Positions 1 through 12,285 of a DNA stretch of 64,000 nucleotides are shown here, one piece after another. Under the pieces are notes generated by a model. The model saw nothing but the letters and a program-made list of their open reading frames with translations, had not been told where the DNA came from and did no database searches. Position 1 is the stretch's first letter; the number at the start of each line of letters is the position of its first letter. This stretch comes from Oculina patagonica. Lineage: Eukaryota. Location of the stretch: the NCBI RefSeq assembly GCF_052425735.1, contig NC_135763.1:1116001-1180000 (forward strand), given 5' to 3'. Position numbers and translations under genes: made by a program.

Positions 1-40
1 TATGCATTTTGCTCAGGGAAGTACTAAAGGGTATCTTAGT

Positions 41-544
41 CCGGGGGGAGGGGCACTCCCATATATGAGCTATATATAGTATACCTGCCAACTCTCACAG
101 ACACTTCGGACGTCTTCAGAAAACTTCGGACATGGTCGTATCGTCTTCAGAAATCATGGCACTCTCAGGATAAAAATCTCACGCCTTTGACCCAGATAAA
201 GTTGGCAGGTATAAGGTATGTGCCGCTGTGAAGGGTATGGTTTTCAAGGAGTTTAGTCTGGAATAGGGTATAGAAATCAGAGAGTTTTGGTCTAGAATAG
301 GGTGTTGTTTGCTGGGAAACCAATCAGTGGTATGACAAATTAAGTTTAGAATAGGAATAGAAACTCGGAAGAGAAAGAGGCTTTCCTATTAAAATGTAAA
401 TAAAGTCTGGGTTAAGGTAGGGATTTTTGGTGTCAAGTCTAGTATAGGGTTGCAAAATTCGGTGAACATGGTCTGGTTTAGGGTAAGGGTTTTAAAGTCC
501 CAGCGGCACACCCCCACCCAAAAATATACAGAGTGACCCCCAGG
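41..544. mobile_element. Non-autonomous hAT-like MITE with a nested second element (~80-213)
   Basis: Begins CCGGGGGGAGGGGCACTCCC and ends ..GTGACCCCCAGG; same family as 38568-39020. The nested element has inverted ends TATACCTGCCAAC/GTTGGCAGGTATA. Confidence 0.6.
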
Positions 545-596
545 ATATCAGTTAACAATGAATTGAAGAATAATCAGGATTTACATGGCCCTTAAT

Positions 597-3500
597 TATA
601 AGACAATCGGTCTCCCTCTTTGTGTTATCTTCATTGATAATTGGTTCTTGTATTGTCACGTCGTCACCATATGTTGCCAGTGAGCTGGATCGGTATATGC
701 TTTGTCCAGTCTTTGGTGCAAAATAGGTTGAACAAGATTGAAGACACCAACGGAAGCGCCCAAGAAACTTCTCAGTGAAAAAGCAGAAAAGAAGAAAGTT
801 TGCAAACCCTGGGGCGTTGTCTCCAATACCCTATTAAAAAACAAATATAAATCAATCAAGACTTGATGTCCAACAGTCTAGTTACGACTTTTAACAAGTG
901 GGCATTTTCATGCTGTACTTTAGTACCAGTAACACTGGCCCTCTAAGGGCTTCTTTGAAGAGAAATCATTGCAGCCAGCTTCAGGGGCTAAATTATAAAT
1001 TATTGCTACCTCAAGTACATTTGGCACTTCAGACACTAAAAAGAGATGATTTCTTTAATTCTTGTCTTTTTTTCAACCTCCTGGTAACTTGAGACAAAAG
1101 TAGTTTCCTGACACTCAACCAAACACTCTAATTTAACCCCCCAATTTCTTGAGCTCCCAATTTTTTTCCCCTGGAAGTTCAAAAATAAGGATATGACTAT
1201 TTGTTAATATTTTAATACTTAACTCAGTAGTTCTCACACTGACCTGCAAAATAAGTAAGACCTCATATGACTTAGAATCTGGTCCATTGGCAATCATCAG
1301 GAAAAATCGTATTGTCCCCCAAATGCGCAGGAAAACAAATATCAAGGGAACAAATATCAACTTCCTTTCAGCCTTCTGAGCCTGTACAACAGTGCTTTGG
1401 GTTAGAACTCTGCCCTGGTGATGAAGCTAGGGAGCAAACATACCATGAAAAGTTGACTTACTGTAGCTCAGAGACATGCCAACCCTTGTTCTTGGTTGGC
1501 TCACACAGTGAACACAAACACGGCAGTGTACAGTAAAAAATACATTACTCATTGTAACAGTTCCATTTGACCCCCAGCTTTGCCCTAAGAACCACTGGGG
1601 GGGGGGGGGGGTGTCCAGTGAGTCCAGTGACCATCCAGCACCACACCACCCTCCTCCTCAACTCAAAAGGCCTTAAAAAGATAGGGGGTACAGGGATCAT
1701 TAATGTGGCATTTTCCCAGGGGGAAGATTAGTGGTTTCAGAGAGAGGGTAAAAGTTTTGGAGATGTATATATTTTAGAGGGTCTTAAGTTTGGCATCAAT
1801 AATATAAAAGAGGGTAAATTTTTACATGTCATGGACTATAATGGCAAAAAGGGGAGCAGGTTTGACGCAGTGGTGAGAGCACTTGCCTCCTACCAATGTG
1901 GCCCGGGTTTGATTCCAACCTATTACCATACATGGGTTGAGTTTCTTGCTCCAAGGGTTTTTCTCCAGGTTCTCTGGTTTTCCTCCCTCCTGAAAACCCA
2001 ACATTTCCAAATTTCAATTTGACCTGGATAGAGGATCTGCATGGAAACCAGCTAGCACTGATGTGGCATCCTCTCTAAATATAGCCATTTACCGGTATTT
2101 TGTTTATTTACTAGACATCACTGCTGTTGCCAAAAGGATAGGTTGGAGCTGAGACTGGGATAATTGGTCTCCAGGGACCATGCAAAGTTGAGTGAGACCA
2201 AATATTTAACATCACTTATACAGTCGAAGCTCTCATAAGCGAACACCCTCAGGACGCGAAAAAAGTGTCCGCAACTGGAGCTGGCATGGCCGCTTACGAG
2301 AATGGTTCTTGTTAGCGGCCACTAGAGGTGTAGGGGATAGATGGCCACTTACGGGAGCTTGCCCAGCTAACATAATGGTAATAAGCATGTTGGTGGTGTT
2401 TCGAAATGTAACCGGACGTGGATGACGACAAAACAAACACTGAAATATGGTACTGTACGTAATTACAGTAAAATCATTGTGACGAACGGCGATGTGAAGT
2501 TGATTAATTAATACAAGATACAGAGGTTTTTTATATGATTTTCTTTGCGGTGTCCGCTTACGGGAGCTTAAAAACAAAGAAAAAGTCTAAGTCGTAATCT
2601 CGGAAAGTGTCTGTGGCCGCTTACGGGAATGTCCGCTTAAGAGAATGTAAAAATACAGAGTTTGTATGGGAGTAAAACAGGGTTTCTAACAAGGTGGCCG
2701 TAAGTAGAGCTGTCCGCTTACGAGAGTGTCCGTTAAGAGAGCTTTGACTGTATAAGCTTTCATTAAAAACTAGCAATGGTATATTGCCATTCCTGTGTTT
2801 TGATCTGGTTGACAGCCAATGGTATGTGAGCTTATATACCATCGACCACAAAAATGGTAGTTCTTAGCATCAACGAAAAACAGCTGGGGAGCTAAAATAT
2901 TGCAATTCTTCGGGTGTTTTTAATAAAACAATTATTCCACTCAGACTTGTTCAGTTGGATATGAGATCGTTATAGCCAACTCAGCGCTACGGGCCTCATT
3001 GGCTATCTACCATCTCATATCCAACACGCGCTTGTGGAATCATTGTTAATTAAACATTGCATTTTACCTCTTTTCTCATATTCCGTTTGAGTAAACCATA
3101 GAGTACAGCTATTACAAAATATGCCATTATTTCCCACAATTTTCCAGCTAACAGCATCCAGAGTACTTGGTCATTCCAGTTCAAGTTTTTATTGACCCAG
3201 CACCATCCTGCAGAAACTTTGTTCCCATTATCTCCTAGCTTTTTCATGGATGCAGCTAAAATGACAATTAACAAAGGAATTCCCCAAGCACACGCATGAA
3301 AAACGTACATTAACCTCTCTGCTAAACTCGAATTCTTCTTGCAAACAGAGATGTAAAGGTACACAGCCATGAACACTGTCCAGTAGAAAGAACACAGCAC
3401 AGAAAGGGTTCCTATTATGCTTTGCACAAGACAAACTTGTTTGTTTTCACTTCCAGATAACCAAAAATTTGTGATGGCAGCAAGAGTTGCGACACATGTC

Positions 3501-3658
3501 AAGAAGTCTGCAAAGGAAATGTAAACCAGAATTCGCCTCGACGTAGTTCGAATGTCCTTCCACACGAAGAAAGACACAATAATGAAAAGTGTCCCAAGAA
3601 GAGAGAGAACAGAAGTTATTGTCGTCAGGATCTCGTTGGCCATGTTGCGGTTCGCCAT
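597..3658 (-). CDS. GPR157: GPR157-like / cAMP-receptor-like 7TM GPCR, paralog A (~335 aa, 3 exons)
   Basis: Exons 3658-3068, 1426-1244, 830-597, all GT-AG phase 0. Joined protein has 7 hydrophobic segments with 'SRRILVYISFADF', TM3 Cys, ECL2 'AGWCW', 'ERKLIFVPLIFVFLRIWGTIRF', 'GIGDNAPGFANFLLFCFFTEK'; TAA at 599-597. Confidence 0.85.
1850..2085 (+). mobile_element. tRNA-derived SINE (degenerate)
   Basis: A-box-like GCAGTGGTGAGAGC and B-box-like GGTTTGATTCC followed by a body and an AT-rich tail. Confidence 0.55.
2221..2750. mobile_element. Tc1/mariner-pogo type MITE
   Basis: TIR CAGTCGAAGCTCTCATAAGCG / CGTTAAGAGAGCTTTGACTG, TA on both sides, internal repeats of GTCCGCTTACG(A/G)GAG. Confidence 0.75.
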
Positions 3659-4368
3659 TTTTTTGCGTAAACCGGCGCAAATTAGTTTGCCGAATTTAGA
3701 TAAACAGTAAACGTATGGTTCTAAACGCGGTAATTGCGTAAATTACGCAAACAGAAATATGATCACTGTTGAGAAATCGCGAGCGTAAACAAGCTCGTCT
3801 CAGCGCGCTGAACTTGATTTTCCGTCACGTACAACATCACGAGGTGTCATGTTCCGCTTTATACCCTCGAGGAGCGGTACTGTAAGTACGTCCATATGGG
3901 GTTGGGTGGGGCAGGGTTTGTCGTAACAAAAGTTTTTACTGGTGATAGAACAGAACACTCTCTTCGATCTCTGTTTTAGCTTTCGGACGACATCTTTTCT
4001 TCGCATCCACCTTTATTTGCAACGTCAATAAGTGGACCTTTGCTAGTACAGTACATGCAATTTCTTTATAGATTTTTTTTGTGGAAAATGAAAATGGATA
4101 GGTTTTTAGTTCAATTTCATTTTTTCCAGTTTTCATATTTCTAAATTTATTTTTGTAAGTTTATCACTTTCCAAAGAAAAGAATAATGCATTTTTAGAAT
4201 TCATGAGGAAACGTTTCAAAAATGGATTTGCAAGAAAAATGACTGTCCTTGAACAACTAACACAAAGCTTTCCAAGAAAGCTATAGAAGTGCCGTTATGT
4301 TGCTTTCTGGGACAGACTGAGGGTAGGAATGTACTTCAAAATGGGATGGGGTGGAGAAGGATTTGTTA

Positions 4369-4529
4369 CAGTGGAACCCCGATATAACGATATTCCCGAT
4401 ATAACGATGAATATGTTATGTCCCGGCAATAGTAAAATGTATGGGACGGAACCCCGATACAGTGGAACCCCCATATAACGGTATAATTTTACTGCCCCCT
4501 TGGCATATCGTTATATCGGGGTTCCACTG
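4369..4529. mobile_element. ~160-bp Tc1/pogo-type MITE, copy 1
   Basis: TIR CAGTGGAACCCCGATATAACGATAT, TA TSD; near-identical inverted copy at 57171-57331. Confidence 0.85.
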
Positions 4530-5316
4530 TATAAAGAAAAATTTCATCTTTGTACTCATACAAGGTAAAGTCTGTGTCTGAGCCAAGTGGCCCATACAGC
4601 TGGAGCCTATCCCAGTTTCTGTATCATTTATAAGTGACTAGGAGTGCTACTCCGCCACCTGGTTGAGATGCTAGTCCATCGCAGGATTACCTCCAGCAGT
4701 AAATTTGCCATTACCCATTTATACACCTGGGTGGAGAGAGGCAACAAAATGGAAAATGAAAAAGGATAGTTTCAGTTCAATTTCATTTTTCAAAACTTAT
4801 TTTAGAAAGTTTTATGTTTTCCAAAGAAAGAAAAGAAAAATGATATGTTCAGAATTCACACCATGCTGGTGCCTTTATCAAGTTTTAATGTAAAGATTGG
4901 GTACAAACTTACAATACTGACTACAGAGTAAGATATAGACTGTTCACAGCCCTCTATTTTCACAGTAGAATAGTAGAATCACAGTAGAATCTTGATTTCT
5001 TACACTTCCAAGGATAGCAAAACTTTGGTATGAGAAATCAGGAAGTTCTAGAAATCTGAGATCAATTGCAGTTCTCGACAGAGGGAAGGCTGACAACATT
5101 TTGTTTGAATTATCAGGAGCTTCAAGAAATCTAGGGTTTGAGAAATTGGGATTCAACTGTACTTTTTTTCCGAACATGGAGAAAGGGTTTGTGAGAACTG
5201 GATGCCAGTGTAAGTGGGACAGGCTGTGAACAGTCTAAGTACCAAGAGCTCTACAATATCTGCTAAGAAATAAGAAAGTTAGCCTTCTGTCTTTAAATCT
5301 TTGGCAAATTGCACAA

Positions 5317-6147
5317 TTATAACTTAGACGCTCTTGAAGTCCAATGCTGTTTCAAGCAATAGTCCGTAAAAGTGTTAATTGCTCTCAGATATTCTTCAGG
5401 GTGATTTTTATAATGTTGTACATGACTGGATACCTCCCAACACTTTGAGAACACTTGGATGTTTCTATTCCTGTGTGAATCAATTAACACCTGAATATTC
5501 TCTGCTGGGAACATGGGGTCGTTTTTACAGAACAGGAATAACTCTGGACATCCCAGTGGCGAGGCCATAGACTCTGGTATGATTTTCTTTAAAGCGGAAT
5601 CAAACAACAGCACTGGTGTACAGACCACAGCCAACCCAATCCACACAGGAACCCTAATCAGAGGATTCGGGATGTTTTCTAGTACTACTGACTGAATGTC
5701 TTTCAGATTGTGTATACCAGGAAAAAGAGGACAACTGTCAAATACACAGCCTATGACATGAATTGAATTGAAATACAGCTGCCCTGGGGTGGATAGTGCT
5801 TGATTGATAAAGTAATACATGTTAAACCCTCCCATGCTCATCACATAAAAGATAAATGGTCTGTTTTGCTGTGATTTCATTTCTACAAGCACATCCAAAA
5901 GTCCCAAGCTAATCTCCTTGACTTTGTTCAATCGTATCAATGTGTTAAATGGGTCTGAAGGTATTCTCACAGTATCAAATCCCTTCTGTTCAAATATTTC
6001 ACTGTATTTAGCCAGATGTTTATCGGGTGCACTACTCCAGCCCAGGAGAGCAACAACTGGGCTTGTACTTGAACTCTTCGTCCCCACTCTAGTGACAACA
6101 GCGCTGATCTTTTTGCACTTGGCTTGAAAATGTGTTGATTCACTCAT
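5317..6147 (-). CDS. TMEM53: TMEM53-like (DUF829 alpha/beta-hydrolase fold) protein, ~276 aa, coding region intronless
   Basis: Motifs 'PVVALLGW...KHLAKYSEIF', 'FYVMSMGG', 'GCVFDSCP', 'WEVSSHVQHYKNHPEEY'. ATG at 6147 gives a family-typical length; upstream in-frame ATGs exist, so the start is uncertain. Probable 5'UTR acceptor at 6283-6281. Confidence 0.85.
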   Translation of the reverse strand: MSESTHFQAKCKKISAVVTRVGTKSSSTSPVVALLGWSSAPDKHLAKYSEIFEQKGFDTVRIPSDPFNTLIRLNKVKEISLGLLDVLVEMKSQQNRPFIFYVMSMGGFNMYYFINQALSTPGQLYFNSIHVIGCVFDSCPLFPGIHNLKDIQSVVLENIPNPLIRVPVWIGLAVVCTPVLLFDSALKKIIPESMASPLGCPELFLFCKNDPMFPAENIQVLIDSHRNRNIQVFSKCWEVSSHVQHYKNHPEEYLRAINTFTDYCLKQHWTSRASKL

Positions 6148-7525
6148 CTTTCTTCTATGATGAGCTGGCACGAATTGACGAAACATTAGGCACAGAGTAA
6201 AGCTGCACTTCTTTGTTCTCAGTGTCATTGTTGCAACGAGTTGAAGACATTGCCATGCCAATTTAGTGTTTTTCAATTATCTAAGGAATAAAAAAGACAG
6301 TTTACCCTGTTAGCAAGTTTTCAGTTTCTAATTACTGTTTTCCCCTCAAAACACCCATCTGAATCCACCAGGCTTCTCTTTACCATCAGTTTCAGGATGT
6401 GAAATAAACATGCCACCAACACACCCTAGCAGGCTGGATATGTTATACCAGTAATTTCAGAACTAAGGGCTTATATCATGATTTTTCATTAGAAAATCAA
6501 AGACATTCTGCTTCTTAAGGTTGCGGGGGATACCTAAAGCATGAATAAATTCATGACGGGAAATTTTGCTTGACCTGCATCTTTTAAAACGCTTATTTCT
6601 CAGCTGTTGTAGGTGCGATTAAGCTCAAATTTTACAGAGACATAACGAAATGATGAAAGATTGTGAATGACATCTTTTATTTGGTAGATTGCATTTAATG
6701 GCGATGTTATAGCCTCGTTAGTGCCAAATTGGGAAAAACATGATTTTGTGGCAGAGTTTGCAGAACGAGTAGGAGACAGCACACTGTGATCTTGTCAAAA
6801 CCTAATCATTCAATACCTCTAGAGTGTCATAACAGAAGCGGATTTTTTTAATTTAAAGTTTGCCAGCAAGTTATGGCGGTTTAAGTGCGCAAATTTGAAT
6901 TTAATGTCTTCTACCTCTTTCTAAAAGCGCTCTTTTAAAATTCCGCGTCTGTTATGACACACTACAGTATTCATAGTTTACCTATCTGCAGTGGCAAGTC
7001 ATGAAGTTCTGTATCCGTGCTGTATTCTCTGCCACAAAATTGTCGAAAAAGTCCAAACTTTGAGATTTCCGAAGGTGTCCCGACCTAAATACGATCATTT
7101 TGCCAAGGAGAGATGTAATTATGGTAATTATATTCCACTCTTTTATGGTGAGAACAATGCGTTTTTAAAAAGGACACGATTGTTTATGTGATTAATCTGA
7201 GTTGCAGAAATATTTAAATTTAAATGAAAATAAGCTCAAGACTTCCTACAATCTATATGAACGTATACATCGCTAAGTGTTGGTTTAAATTGGTTAAAAT
7301 ATCAAATAAACAGGGATTTTTTACAAATCACGCGCACGCGCCCATATTTTTGTCCAGTCATAAATATCTCGTAAAGTTGTCGATGTCAGTCGTTGTACTT
7401 CGTGCATACCTTTAAATAAATGCATAATGATGAGCCTAAGGTGTCCCCCGCGACCTTAAGAAGTGAAAACTGATTTGTTTGTACTGATCACTATTTTACG
7501 TAATAAAAAAATTAATAATACACCC

Positions 7526-8507
7526 TAGCCTGCGAATACAGCCGCCTCTCATTCGCATCCCGCAACGAAGAGCGAAACACGAAGAGAGACGTCTGCGATT
7601 CACGGCCAGAAATTCCATACTGATGACGTTAACCGCTAATTAGATTTCCCACACCACACGCAGTTGGTCTTGCATAATTATATTTTTTGTTTTCAGCCGC
7701 ACATTACCTGCTTGATCACAAATACTTTCAAGGCAGTGAAGGACACATTTAGGGGTCATTTACACGGGACAACTTCATCGCGAAAATTAGAAATCCCTAA
7801 ACGAGTTGCACATTAGTAAAATTTGGAAAAATAAGCTGCGAAATCACTAGATGACATTGTTTTGGAACTTGAGCGCAACTCTCGGAGGTGTTGGGCCGTA
7901 AATACCGATACCGCAACGATCATAACAATTCTTCTGAGTTAGTTTCTTCTTTCCCCGCTGTTTGTCAAATTAAAATTCTGTTTTTCTGTAGCATTTATTC
8001 TTTGGTTGTGGATGGTTCAGGTCGTTCATGTTATCTGTATTTCACATTTTTGTTGCTTGTTTGTTTTGCCGGCTGCCTTTATGTAAAAAATAAAAGTCAG
8101 GTGACAAAATTGATCTATTTTTAACGGCCGCTGTGGCGCGTCCTTTCTGTACATCTTTGAGGTCGTTCATCTTGTTATAAAGCAGTTTCTTTTTGTTTCC
8201 CAATTACATATGAATTATAGATATTATAGAAATTCTAAGGTATAGCTTTGGTGCAGTTTCACGATCCTTCCCCCGGTCAACTTTTAGTCCGCAATAACAT
8301 CCGGTTTTTTACCGTTCGTGTAATGAAGTGTTATATTTCGCATACATTATGTAAATTAACTAGCTGACCAATCAGCGCTCCTGTCCGGATTCTGGACAGA
8401 TTTACGTCATCAGTATGGAATTTCTGGCCGTGAATCGCAGATGTCTTTCTTCGCGTTTCGCTCTTCGTTGCGGGACGCGAATAAGAGGCGGCTGTATTCG
8501 CAGGCTA
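7526..8507. mobile_element. Non-autonomous AcademH-like element
   Basis: TIR TAGCCTGCGAATACAGCCGCCTCT, with imperfect inverted similarity over ~100 bp; exact 9-bp TSD AATACACCC. Confidence 0.75.
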
Positions 8508-9346
8508 AATACACCCTTATCAAACTTGGGCAGGAGGCACAATGGCCTGCTGTAGCATGCAGAACCTACTCCACATAGTGCGCTCATGGAGTTGTGTCCT
8601 TGGGCAAGTCCCTTTACTCTCATAGTGCCTCTCTCCACCCAAGCCCCGGTTGTTCAAAGGATGCATAACACTATTCACTGGATAGATCACTATCCAATGG
8701 ATTGCAGTGTCTGTGATTTATCCAATGCAATTAGCATTATTCAGTTTTTGAACTCAGATCCCAGTTGCTCAAAGAGTGGATAACGCTACAGTATAATAAA
8801 ACAGTATGGACTGCAGACTATGGAATTTCGCACAGACCATGGTATAAAATGGGGAATAAGGATTATAAACCGTGTATAAACATAGACCTGCCAACTCTCC
8901 TGGTTTGGCTGGGAGACACCAAACTTTTGTCTTTTCTTACTGTGTACTGTTGCATGGTCAGCGGGTCTGGGTAGGACTACAGGATTGGCTGGCCTCGCTT
9001 TCATGCCAACATGCTTTTGTGCACATCAGACAAAAGCAAGGTGGCGCATGAATCAGAAATAGTAGTTGATAAGATTTGGCTGGTTCGCATGAATGAGCAA
9101 AGTACCTTGCACTCAAAACTTGACTTCGCATTCATTCGTTACACAAACGTCCAAATCAATCGATAGAATTTTAAAATAACGGTTTAGGCTGTAAGAAAAA
9201 CAACAACAAGAAGTTTACCTCACTTTACGACATCGGCACCATCTAGTTCCTCTTTTGAGCCTGCGATTCTTTTGTACATTTACGTAGCAGCCTCGATCCC
9301 AGGCTCTCTCTGTTTCCACCGTCACAGAACCCAAAGGTCTTTTGGG

Positions 9347-9908
9347 TAGGCATGAATAGATTGTGCTAGTAAATTCAGGAAAAGTTGCTACACAATATAC
9401 CCAAAAGTTGCTCTAAAGTTGCTCAAATATCAAAAAGTTGCCACCAAAATTTAGAAAAGTTGCTTGCACTCCAGAGACGTTTTGTTTTAGATAAATACTC
9501 AAAACGTGTTTGTTTGTTTGTTGCCATTTACGGTAAACATTTTATTAAATATTCTTACAATCATTAAAAGAGGCCAAAAAGCCATTGTTATATGAGATTT
9601 TGTTATATGGATTTAAGCGCCCGTTAGATAGATAGCCGCTGTCCATATTTCGTGGGCGTAAAGCAAGTGTTATTTTATTGTCATTTTATTGTATATCCTT
9701 ATTTTTAATAAAATCAGTTTAACACCAGTTTTAATAAAATCCTTCGAAATGAAACGACTTTTTATGGTTTGGATCGGTTTTACATCAATTTGTTGCTTAA
9801 AAGTTGCCAAGGAAGGCAAGAGTTGCCCTAGGTTGCTGGTACTACAAAAAGTTGCTTAAAACGCTAAAAGTTGCTCAAAAGTTGCCGAGCACAATCTATT
9901 TATGCCTA
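9347..9908. mobile_element. hAT-like MITE
   Basis: TIR TAGGCATGAATAGATTGTGCT, exact 8-bp TSD CTTTTGGG, subterminal AAAAGTTGC repeats. Confidence 0.8.
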
Positions 9909-9955
9909 CTTTTGGGGGTTGAAGGAAACAGTTTTTGAAAGTGAAAATGGACAGT

Positions 9956-10920
9956 GAAGAATATTATTCTACATGACACGAGCGTGGGACAAAGAAAAAA
10001 ATCTGAGTCCCCGACGGGAATCGAACCCATGGCCTCCCAGATACCGGTTGGGCGCTCTAACCAACTGAGCTACGTGAGACTCGCTGTGAGCTAGGCCATT
10101 TACTAGGTTGATAAGTGACACGCGTCCTGCATACTGCTAGGATAAGCAATGTAGAAATCATCAAATTTGTAGTAAATAATAAAGATGGTAGATTTTAAGC
10201 TCGGTGATAAATAGTGAAGAAATTATTCTACATGACACGAGCGTGGGACAAAGAAAAAAATCTGAGTCCCTGACGGGAATCGAACCGATGGTCACCGATG
10301 GCCTCCCAGATACCGGTTGGGCGCTCTAGTGTCATGTAGAATAATTTCTTCACTATTTATCACCAAGCTTAAAATCTACCATCTTTATTATTTACTACAA
10401 ATTTGATGATTTCGACATTGCTGATCCTAGCAGTATGCAGGACGCGTGTCACATATCAACCTAGTAAATGGCCTAGCTTACAGCGAGTCTCACGTAGCTC
10501 AGTTGGTCAGAGCGCCCAACCGGTATTCTGGGAGGCCATGGGTTCGATTCCCGTCGGGGACTCAGATTTTTTCTTTGTCCCACGCTCGTGTCATGTAGAA
10601 TAATATTCTTTACTATTTATCACCAAGCTTAAAATCTACATCTTTATTATTTACTACAAATTTGATGATTTCGACATTGCTGATCCTAGCAGTATGCAGG
10701 GCGCGTGTCACATATCAACCTAGTAAATGGCCTAGCTCACAGCGAGTCTCACGTAGCTCAGTTGGTTAGAGCGCCCAACCGGTATTCTGGGAGGCCATGG
10801 GTTCGATTACCGTCGGGGACTCAGATTTTTTCTTTGTCCCACGCTCGTGTCATGTAGAATAATAATCTTCACTATTTATCACCGAGCTTAAAATCTACCA
10901 TCTTTATTATTTATATTTAC
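9956..10920. repeat. Half-inverted tandem array of a 259-260-bp tRNA-like unit
   Basis: About 1.4 units on - (9956-10328), then about 2.3 units on + (GTGTCATGTAGAATAA at 10329, 10588, 10847). Each unit has A box TAGCTCAGTTGG, B box GGTTCGATT and a T-run. Flanked by TGAAAATGGACAGT at 9942-9955 and 10921-10934. Confidence 0.85.
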
Positions 10921-12285
10921 TGAAAATGGACAGTTTTACATTTTCGATAAAATAAAAATTATAAAATTTCATTTTCCGAAAAAAAAAAAGACGTTTCCAG
11001 AATTCATTCAGATTCTCCTATCAGTTACTCATGCGCAAAATGCACGAAGCAGTCTTGGCCCAGATCCATTTTTAATCATTGGATATTATATATAGGGAAA
11101 CAGTTGCCGTTTCGGTGGATTCTTACCATTTGCCAGCAACCAACCGAAAGGGATTGCGCTTACCATTTCATTTATAATCCGGTTTACAGATGGGAGATTT
11201 AAAGTGAAAAAAGGATCCTTGCAGTGAATTGCAATTAAAAAAAGTGAAAAGAAAGAAGCCAGAGAAAGTTCTGGCTTCAACGGGATTCGATCCCATGACC
11301 TCCGTGATACCGGTGCAATGCTTCACCAACTGAGCAATGAACATTGGGAGCTAGGACAATTGTGAGTTCTTATTTTCTCGTGATGGGAATAGAATGCGGG
11401 CGTGATGGGAATAGAATGCGGACGTATAACCCTTATGGGTTTCTGACAGAAGTGAATAGTGCTTTTCGCGGGCTGATTGGTTAACTCGGATCGGAGGTGA
11501 TTAGCAAAGTACTATTCACCTCCACTTCACTTAATTATTTCATTACTTTACGTCATCGGATGGGAGATTGGAAATGAGAGAAATGATCAAATAGTGCAGA
11601 ATTGCATCTGCCAGCGATTGGTGCTGGTCATCAAACGTTCCGCAAAGAGCGTATTATATACCCTGAGACCATTTTGTTTGTTTTTTCTTTTCTTTAATTT
11701 ATTGTAATCAATTATCAAATTACATAATTGCATACCTCAAAATTTATGATTTACTAGACTGCAAATAGTTGGTCTTTATTCTTTAAATCGTCCGAGGGAA
11801 GAGGAAAACCGCTGAGAAGGAGATGTCGCTTCGTATTCGTGTATTCGCACCGCACGCTAGGGGAAAAATACTGTTCGCAGTATAGATTCATCAATGCGTG
11901 TTGCAAGAAGTATGTATAAAATATTTACAGTTTTCTTGTAATGTCCAACCCAGTGACCTAACTTTGGCTACTGTATATCATATCATAAGCAATCAGTACA
12001 AAAGAAGACTTAGGGAAACGCATATATCAGTTAAGAAAGCTAATTTCAACACATTAGGATCACAGGAAATCGCCACCGTTTTCTTTGACGAGTTTCATCT
12101 TATTTCATTTCACCCAACTTATTAAAAGCAAAAGTTGACTCTTTCATTGTTTTCAAGTATTAAAGATTAGTATGTTCAACACAGAACGTGTCACATAAGA
12201 AACACACGCACAGGCCGTTTAGGACGATAAGCACTCGGGAACACCATTCAAACGTAGCAGCGTTTACGTTTTCTTAAGCCCTATG

